Source: Octopus vulgaris
Taxonomy: Eukaryota
Direction of reading: 5' to 3'
Assembly: GCA_951406725.2 (NCBI GenBank)
Contig: OX597816.1
Span: 111,786,001 to 111,850,000, forward strand
Length of the DNA stretch: 64,000 bases
The translations under genes were made by a program, and so were the position numbers. Positions 52,624 to 61,543 of this stretch are shown here, one piece after another. Each line of letters opens with the position of its first letter. The first letter of the stretch is position 1. A model generated the notes under the pieces. That model was given only the letters and a program-made list of their open reading frames with translations, was not told the DNA's origin and ran no database searches.

Positions 52624-54619
52624 TCTATTTACGTTTGTGCTTCTGTTTCAGCCTCACTCAGCAATGATTTCTTTCTACATTATTCTCAGCTAAGTCAACC
52701 AAACTCTTCCTTTTCTCCTGGTATTTGGCTCATCCAAAGTGATATTAACCACTTTTCAGGCAGGAGGAATATGATCTAAACACCACCATCAACTTCTTCT
52801 TCATCTATATGTGGTACTTGCATAAATGTATATATGAATAAAGACAAACAGATGAATGGTTGGACAGTACCTCAGGCAAATAAGACCAGGAGAGACATGG
52901 GGAAAAAGCAATGAGAAAAAGCAATGAGATTAAATATTAGACTTAATATTTGTGTGTCATAGATGAGATGGAACTGGAAGAAGAGTTGCAGTGGTACCAT
53001 ACTACAAATGCACTTAACCTTACTAACACAGCAAAGCAGCAATTGAAATGATTATATTTTAAAATACATGACGGGTTGATATATATGAAACAGGTGAATA
53101 AGTACTTTTTTACATTTCTTAACTCCACATAAGTTAAATTATTGTACACAAGCCTAAATATATTGAATACAGCTTCACATACAATTTCATATCTGAGGAG
53201 TTCTTTTTCTATTTCTATTAAACCAGATATAATTCTTATAATACATCAACTGAACAAAAATATTTACCAAATTAATATTATTATATGCAATATGCATGTT
53301 TTATGGTAGCAAAACATAGGCATTGAATGCATAAGATGTACAAAAGGGGAAAGAAATGCTATGAGCATGCCTTATTGGATGCTCGAACACAGGATGCAAA
53401 TGAGCTGAGAGAAAAACAGGTTATAAAAATAATGAGACTGTACAAAAGAGAATACTGAACTTCGTAGATATGTGATATATACAGAGGATTACAGTTAAAA
53501 AGTATCAAATTAGCCATTGGGTGGAATATGCAGAAGAGAAAGACCAAAAGTAAGGAAGGAAGTCATGAAAGCTGCTTTCACACAACTAAAGTCCATGAAA
53601 GAGTTTGCAACAAATGGTGAGACACTGTGCTGCAGAAGAACTCTGTAATAATGTAAACTGGGAATGATGGACATATGGTGATTGGTGCTAAATCATATTG
53701 AAATATCAGTATACAGGTTGAATAACTCTCACAGAAAATTTTCCACATCAACCAGCCCCTAACATTGGAAAGACCACAGGTTGGTGTGGGGACAAATATT
53801 AAGTATATATATAAACAGCAATTGTTTTGGAAAAAGAAGGAAATATAGATGTATTTGTAGGTTTTATTGATATAATTCTGATGAAAGGTATACAGGTATG
53901 CATACATGTGTATATATGTGTGAGTGTAGATAGATAGATACATACATACGTACGTACATACATACATGCACATGTTTGTATTGAAAGAGGGAGAGAGAGA
54001 GTATATTTCAAAGACAGTTGTTATTATAGATTTAAATATCATATCATTAAAAATTTAGAACCAAAGTTTCAAATACCAAGAAAGATAGAAAATGATTTAT
54101 TCATTCTTTGCTTTACATTTGAATCTGTTTATTTTTCTGAAATATTCAGGTTTTATGCTTTATGAACTGCAATAATTTAAAAAAATTTTTGAATATATTG
54201 CAAATTTTATAGAAATTAACAGTCCAAAATATAGAACATACTATTTGAATAGTTTAGACATACAAACATATTTAAACATGAAACAATGAAAGAATATATT
54301 TTTTTCATCTTCAATGGCATTAGAAATTGCATACTATTTGAAGATATAATTTTTTTCAAATGAGAAATTTTATTACTAACAGGAGCATTTCAATATATAC
54401 TGTCTATAAATTGTGTGAAATATAATTGTCTGCCATTATAGTTACAGACATCTGTAGAGTAGTTTAAGATAATTTGATATCAACATATATCCAATTTAAA
54501 TGTGAAACAATGAAAAAATTAAGTATTTTTCAATTTTCCAAGTTATCTGAAACTGCATACTAACCTTTTGAAATTGTGATTTTTTTTTAATGAGGAATTT
54601 TAATTTATCATACAACTTT

Positions 54620-55860
54620 ATTCCAAGCCTTCAGAATTGTTGCTTGATATGTCAATGAAACATACCTCAAAGCTAGCCAAAGAAGCTGACCCCTGGAAGA
54701 GTATGTAGATTGGAATAGTACCTTGTTAGGTGCTATAGTCTTCTCTTTTCCAAGTAAAATGAGGAGCTTCTTTGTAATTAGTTTTTTTTTGCACCTGTTC
54801 ACTATCAAATACTCAACAAATTTGGTATAATTAGCATGAGAGAAAACAAACTAATCAAAAAACAAGAGTTAAAAAACCTACACCTTGAGTGTACTTCTAC
54901 CATGTACAGTCAAGCACTGATCTCATTGAAAATATACACAGTTCATTACTAGTGAGTATTTTGAAGAGTGCTCACTGCCACCTCCCTAATGAACAGCAAC
55001 CCTTAGTCAAGAGATTCTTTAAGGCAACCAGCTATGGACATCCAGAAATTGAAAGAGTTTGTCCATTAAAATGAACTGCTCTTGGTTACAGATAATAATT
55101 AAAATGCTTATAGAGGGATTTTATAATTAGTGACATCTAACTTGAAAGAAATAGTTTTCTTTTGTGCTTTTGGTGGCACAGGCAAAGCTATTTTGATCAA
55201 CATAAGATTAGCAAAAGTCTCTTCACTCAAACAGATTGCTATTGCAGTGGCCTCTTCAAGAATTATTGTAGCTTTGTTCACAAGTAGCAGGACTGCTTAT
55301 TCTACTTTTAATTATTGCAGATTTTGCATGCAATGATAGTCCTGTGATAATTACTATTGATTAAAGAGCTCGACAGGCAGAAGTTAGGAAGCAGGTCAAA
55401 CAGAAAGTATGTGAAGAGAGGACAATGTCCATCTGTCTGGCATTTGTTACACTCATTTGCACTTTACATGATCTCAAGAAGTAACACACTAGCATTCTGA
55501 GTAAAATTACAGGCTTGCTTTCTGGCGATTTCAGCACCAGCTGATGAAGTCAAAGTATGCCTGAAAGAAACCTGTACTTGGAGACAAGAAAGAAAATTTT
55601 CGATAACACAAGAGCTGCAATAAATAGTGATGTCATAGTAAGCCAGTTTGCAATGGTGTTACAGCAGCTTGAGGAAGTGGTCAGCTGCCAGTTGACACTG
55701 AGATTAGAGATGTCAAAATATAAAACTGTGAAATATAAAACAGTCATCAACACTTCTCAAGAATTGTTACTGAAAGTTTATCATAACCCCTCACTTTCAC
55801 AGAATTGTAGATACCAACTTCCCATCAGAGTATAATGTTGCTGAACAAGAACTGTTGTCT
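54620..55860 (+). mobile_element. Degraded autonomous Helitron Rep/Hel (PIF1 helicase) fragment
   Basis: ETYLKASQRS*PLEEYVDWN linker; ORF 55130-55336 FFCAFGGTGKAILIN...IAIAVASS...RTAYSTF (Walker A and motif Ia); LLSGDF and ADEVKVCLK remnants at ~55515-55565. Confidence 0.85.
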
Positions 55861-57153
55861 ACATCAGAACTCTTGCTGACTAAAACATTTTTTTCTGTAA
55901 GGATTATTAATTTTATGTGTTGCATATCAATTTAGTATTACAAGAAAATATAAAAAGTAAAGCATTAAGATAACATTTTCTTAACTTACAAAATTAAAAT
56001 TACTAATAAACACAGAGTAAAAGCAATCACTTTGTAACCATGTAGTCTCAAGTTCTATCACATTACATAGCACTTTGAGCAAGTGTCTTATTCAGGAGCT
56101 CCAGGCCAATTAATAATGAAATGAAACTGTATGGATGCCTATTATACACGTTTGTCTCTGTGAGTCCATCTGTGTATATAAGTGCATGTACATAATATAT
56201 TCACTGTGTATTTGTGATGATGTCTACATTATGTATCTTTCCATGAAAGACTTGAGCTAAAACGAGTGACATTTGTTGTCATTCCCTTTCAACAGATCGT
56301 CCTTTTTCTCTAGCTCTGCCTTTTTGATAACAAGTGGAATTTAAGATTCCCTTACTTCAAAAACAGGTAGCGAGCATGCAACTGTAAAAAGCAGCATTGA
56401 AGATGTTTATTTATCTAACCCATTCTAGGACAGGAAAAAAGGAATGCAAAACAAAGGAGCAAACAGTTTCAAAAGCTTCACACATGATGGAAGCTGAGAA
56501 AATTTTTACTTTAGACGTGTATCTGCATTACAATAAAGAAATATGCAAATGTAATCACATACAAAAAGAAGTACATAAAATCTCGCTATAATTTACGTCA
56601 TTTACATTTAGCAAAGCACTGTTTCTACACATTCATCATCTGGGCAATACAAGGTACCTCTGCTAGTAAGCAATATATATAAAGCACTGATATGGCAACT
56701 GAACAATGCAGACTGACTATCTTACACATTTATATGTTATATTATAGTTACATAACTCCATACCAAGTCCATTAAGGAAAGTGGGAGGAGGAAGAGAAGG
56801 AAAAGACTTTGGAGATTAAAAATATATTTATATAACATATGCAGCAAAGTTGTGAGCAGTTAAAACAGATTTTTCAGCAAACTGGTTTTTCAATGCAAAA
56901 CTACACCGGTTTGTTCAGATAACTTCAAGTCTTTCATTTTATGAAAACAAATGCTGAATATGAAAAATGTAATTATAATCATAAACATGTTTTACATCTC
57001 TGTTGCTTCCTTTGACAAAACACAGGTATAATAGATGCTTTCCCTCCATTTACTATAATCATAAAGAATTACCCAAAAGTTTATAACATACCAACACAAT
57101 ACATAAAATATACATACATATATATATACATATGCATGCTGTATATATATATA

Positions 57154-57192
<39 letters not shown>

Positions 57193-57509
57193 GTGTGTAT
57201 GATAATTCAATTCTAAGAGTATAACTTATAGTAGACAGACTTATAATAATAGGGTGTAAATATTGGGTTTAAAATGCTTGGAATAGAAAATGTCTCTGGG
57301 ATTCAAAACCACATCTTCGGTAAACATAAGATTGTTACAGAAGATGTGGGTTCAAGTCCCACAGGCGGCCTTCAGCTTTTTCTCTCAATGAGTTTTTTAA
57401 TCCAAAATTTACATGCAGTTATTTATAGCTTTATCTACTTTGAGTTTAACCATTAATAATGAATTATTTTGCATTTTTCTAAAAGTTTCTTAATTCTTAT
57501 GATATAAAC

Positions 57510-57681
57510 AGGTGCAGGAGCAGCAGTGTGGTAAGAAGCTTGCTTCCCAGCCACATGGTTCTGGTTTCAGCCCCACTGCATGGCATCTCACACAAGTATC
57601 TTCAACTATAGCCTTGAACCAACCAAAGCTTTGTGAGTGGATTTGGTAGATGGAAACTGAAAGAAGCCTGTTGTGTGTGTC

Positions 57682-57736
<55 letters not shown>

Positions 57737-57826
57737 CTTTGTATCAGTGTTTGTCTCCCACCATCGCTTGACGATTGATGTTGGTGTATTTACATCCTCG
57801 TAACTTAGTGGTTTAGCAAAAGAGAA
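57510..57826 (+). mobile_element. CORE-like tRNA SINE, 3'-truncated
   Basis: Same family as 4338-4740. Confidence 0.88.
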
Positions 57827-57842
57827 CAATATATATATATAT

Positions 57843-57929
<87 letters not shown>

Positions 57930-57932
<3 letters not shown>

Positions 57933-58239
57933 TTGGTAAAAACGGTAAGATAACAAAAGAAAGAAAGAGACCTCAATATTATGTAAATAGAGGAAATTTA
58001 TCTGTAAAATAATATGTGACAATTATTCAATAGCCAAGATAAAACTCTGAGTTTCGAATGCCGAGGTGGAAATCCACAACACCATCTAATTTCCTTTTGT
58101 ATAACGGTCTTTTTTCATAGCGTTTTTCAGATGGCCAAATAACCGAAGAGATGGTGTTGAGGATTTCCACTTCGGCATCCGAAGCTCAGAGTTTTATCTT
58201 GGCTATTGAATAATTGTCACATATCATTTTACAGATATA

Positions 58240-58240
<1 letters not shown>
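57930..58240. mobile_element. (TA)n-inserted fold-back element (~90-bp inverted arms, 60-bp spacer), Penelope pseudo-LTR-like
   Basis: ~57999-58087 is the near reverse complement of ~58149-58237; contains a hammerhead-like motif. Confidence 0.8.
58134..58203 (+). ncRNA. Type I hammerhead-like motif (U4C variant)
   Basis: GCCAAAUAA-CCGAAGA-GAUG...CAUC-C-GAAG-CUCAGAG-UU-UUAUCUUGGC; 9-bp stem I with one bulge; the inverted copy retains GAAA. Confidence 0.65.
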
Positions 58241-58269
<29 letters not shown>

Positions 58270-58272
<3 letters not shown>

Positions 58273-58963
58273 TATTAGGGAGTGAATCCAAACTTACAGG
58301 GAAAAATTAGATTTAGTATTAAATCTAATTTTATAGTATAAATATATATTATATTAAATTAGAGATAAAACCACTATTAGGCAAATCAAACAGTGAAAAT
58401 CATAAGACAATACATAGAAATAAAATTAATTAAAAAATATATAAAAAAAATATAAAATATAAAATATAAAAATATAAAAATCCAATTAAAATATTTAAAT
58501 TAAAGTTAAAATTTTTAAAAATTATTAAATTAATAATTTAAACTTATAAATTATATATATTTTTTTTTTTATTATTATTTTATTTAATTATTTATTTATT
58601 TTTCATTTATATTTTTTATTTTTTATTTTTTTATATTTTTATATTTTTTATATTTATTTATTTTTGTAAACTATCAAAAGTATAAAAGTTTAATATAAGA
58701 TAAAGAGTAAAAACACTACGATCGTTTCATACCCGTTACCAATTCGAATAACAATAATTTAAATTCAATTAATAATTCGAGTTATGGTTACAGTCAATCT
58801 TCAGGTTAATTGTAATATTTTAATAAATAATCAAAAAATTTTTAATATTTTTATATTTTATATTTTATATTTTTTTATATATTTTTAATTAATTTTATTT
58901 CTATGTATTGGCTTATGATTTTCACTGTTTGATTTGCCTAAGAGTGGTTTTATCTCTAATTTA

Positions 58964-58975
<12 letters not shown>
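58270..58975. mobile_element. (TA)n-inserted AT-rich fold-back element (~130-bp inverted arms)
   Basis: ~58347-58480 is the near reverse complement of ~58838-58970; hammerhead-like motif in the spacer. Confidence 0.8.
58713..58810 (-). ncRNA. Type I hammerhead-like motif, canonical core
   Basis: Minus strand AC-CUGAAGA-[long imperfect stem II]-GAAA-CGAUCG-UA-GU; palindromic stem III ACGAUCGU; stem I weak. Confidence 0.65.
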
Positions 58976-59006
<31 letters not shown>

Positions 59007-59014
59007 GACTAGGA

Positions 59015-59165
59015 CAGGCTTCTTTCAGTTTCCATCTACCAAGTCCACAACAAGGCTTTGGTCAGTCTGAGGCTATAGTGGAAGACACTTGCCCTAGGTG
59101 TCATGCAGTGTGACTGAACCCATAACCATGTGACTTGGAATCAAGCTTTTTACAACACAGCCACA
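59015..59165 (-). mobile_element. CORE-like SINE 5' half
   Basis: Reverse complement of the head and CORE of the 4338-4740 family. Confidence 0.85.
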
Positions 59166-59204
59166 TATGAACATTAGCTTACTTAAAATATCTAAGTGAC
59201 ATAT

Positions 59205-59548
59205 TTTAACATTATTTTCATTATTTACATTATTTACATTCGATGGATATTTGTCCTCATCTTGTTTGTTGTTAACACAACATTTTGGCTGATATACCCT
59301 CCAGCCTTCTTCAAGTATCTTGGGGAAATTTCGAACCTGGGTTCTCATTCCTAAGGTATTTTTCGATGTTATTATTATTATTACTATTATTATTATTATT
59401 ATTGTTATTATCATCATTATCATTATTATCATTATTATCATTATTATGATTATTGTTCAGGTCACTGCTTGGAATCGAAATTGGAATCTTGGGGTTAGTA
59501 GCCCGCGCTCTTAACCACTACGCCCATGGGATTATGGCGTAGTGGTTA
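59205..59548 (-). mobile_element. tRNA-headed element with (AAT)n spacer and hammerhead-like 3' module
   Basis: Minus strand A-box GGCGTAGTGG and B-box-like TTTCGATTCC (59455-59527), (AAT)n 59368-59452, hammerhead-like motif 59274-59319. Confidence 0.65.
59274..59319 (-). ncRNA. Degenerate minimal type I hammerhead-like motif
   Basis: GAUAC-UUGAAGA-A-GGCUG(GAGGGUAUAU)CAGCC-AAAA-UG-UU-GUGUU; stems I and II pair; core differs from consensus only by transitions. Confidence 0.6.
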
Positions 59549-60199
59549 TTTTAACTTCTAAAGCATATTTTAACTCCTAAAGGCAAATTCACTGCAGTAA
59601 CTGTAGATAAAGATATCTTCTCTTATAGTAAAAGGCTCAAAAACACCACATTGCCCCAGTGCTTTCCACTATCAGATTCATTAACTTTCCTGAATGGAAA
59701 ATACCAAAAGAAGATAACCCTGGGCAGATTTAAAGAAATAGCCTTAACTAAAAAGCAGTCAACATCAGTGAGTGAATAGCACTATTCGACTGCCTGGTTG
59801 GAATAACTACAACAAAATTAGTGCCAGGTTAGTTAAAATATGTTTGTGACAAGTTACTTATGTTGACTGTATTTTAGTTAAATTTATGGCTTTGAATCTG
59901 GCCAGGGTTATCTCTCATTGATATTTCCCATTGAGAAAGGCTAAAGAGTCAGAAACATACATCTAGGAATCTGGGCAGATGTGGTGTTTTCACACATTTT
60001 ACCATCAAAGAGAATTTTTTTTTCTCTCCATGGTAACTGCACTGAATTTGCTTTTAGAGGTTAAAATATTTCACAAACATATTTCAACTAACCTAAAGGG
60101 CATCTGTTCCTAATTGCGGTTTGCCATTGATGCTGCTATATATAACTAGTGACAATTGAATTTTTCCTTTTGGGTTTTATATAGCATATAGCCACCTTC

Positions 60200-60248
<49 letters not shown>

Positions 60249-60439
60249 ATATATATATATAAATATATATACATATCCTTTAAGTTCGTTTATGGGAAAC
60301 ATTTTGAATATGCATATAAAAGCTTCTGTTCTGTTATGCTGACTACAGGCTAATGATGCCAACAGGCAATACCAGTGATGCATTAAAATATTTATAAACA
60401 CCATCCAAGCATTATTATTGCTATTATATATATATAATT

Positions 60440-61026
60440 GTGACGTATATTTGCCATTTAAATATGGCTAACCCCTAAGGGTGGATGCTACTGTAGTTTG
60501 TAGCCCCAGGAGGACACCTCCTCCAGCTGGCTATAGACACACTTTCTGTGCCCTATCAGTGTTTGCAAAGGGAAGCCATCCTTCCCGTCTCCAACTTATG
60601 ATACACACGGACTCGAGTTTCTGCGTATTGACCCGTCATCGGCTTATGACAATCACAGTTGTCGATGAAAAGTAGGTTCCCTTCACAAATACATATACCT
60701 TTTCCTAGAATCGTAAAGACACTGATATCGAAAAAGTGTAAGCAAGCAATAATAAATCTTAGAGCAAGTTATAAACAGTAGCTACAACACATCGTGATGT
60801 ATATTTGCCATTTAAATATGGCTAACCCCTAACGGGAAGGATGGCTTCCCTTTGCAAATACTGATAGGACACAGAAAGTGTGTCTATAGCCAGCTGGAGG
60901 AGGTGTCCTCCTGGGGTTACAAACTAGAGTAGCATCCACCCTTAGGGATTAGCCATATTTAAATGGCAAATATACATCACGATGTGTTGTAGCTACTGTT
61001 TATAATTCGCTCTAAGATTTATTATT
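60440..61026. mobile_element. (TA)n-inserted tandem + inverted repeat element (354-nt period), retrozyme/Penelope pLTR-like
   Basis: 60440-60588 is inverted at 60832-60980; 60748-60793 is inverted at 60981-61026; 60440-60478 is directly repeated at 60794-60832. Confidence 0.88.
60604..60648 (-). ncRNA. Type I hammerhead-like motif (U4C variant)
   Basis: Minus strand CAUAAG-CCGAUGA-CGGGU(CAAU)ACGCA-GAAA-CUCGAG-UC-CGUGUG; palindromic stem III, GUC triplet. Confidence 0.7.
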
Positions 61027-61263
61027 ATATATATAATCATTATAGATATAGGGTAAAGAAATATTAATTTAAAAATTAATAAATTTTACCAAGTAGCTTC
61101 GGTATGGAAAAAAAACCTTTATCAATAAAATCTTATACAAAAAGTTATTTATAATTATAAACATAATTAAGGGATTAGCAGAAAGTTGCTTCACCACATA
61201 CCGAAAATTTAGAAATAGCTGTCAAGACTGGTAATTCTTCTACTATAATATATCTCCACAGGC

Positions 61264-61318
<55 letters not shown>

Positions 61319-61433
61319 ATAAAGGTGGTTTATTCATTATTTGCAATTTACAACTGACATAGAAATATATGTAAATAAATATAATATCTCATTAATGAGA
61401 GACACAGAAAATGGAAGATATGAGAATGTTTAT

Positions 61434-61543
61434 TAATCACTACAACTATTTCGACTCATGTAGCATTGACTCCTCATAGGTGGGATACATTGCAACTGGT
61501 TTTAGAGTATCCAGCAGTATAGATGTATGTCTTCAGGTGATTA
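61434..61543 (-). ncRNA. Type I hammerhead-like motif, canonical core, perfect 7-bp stem I
   Basis: Minus strand UAAUCAC-CUGAAGA-[~77 nt]-GAAA-UAGUUG-UA-GUGAUUA; base of stem II imperfect. Confidence 0.7.

Noticed and set aside
55130-55336. Host PIF1 helicase gene
   Set aside because: It has multiple stops and deletions, and upstream Rep/Hel linker remnants identify it as Helitron-derived
60868-60897. CTGATAGG...GAAAG as a hammerhead core
   Set aside because: G8/A9 do not fit, and the segment folds as a simple ATAGGACACA/TGTGTCTAT hairpin
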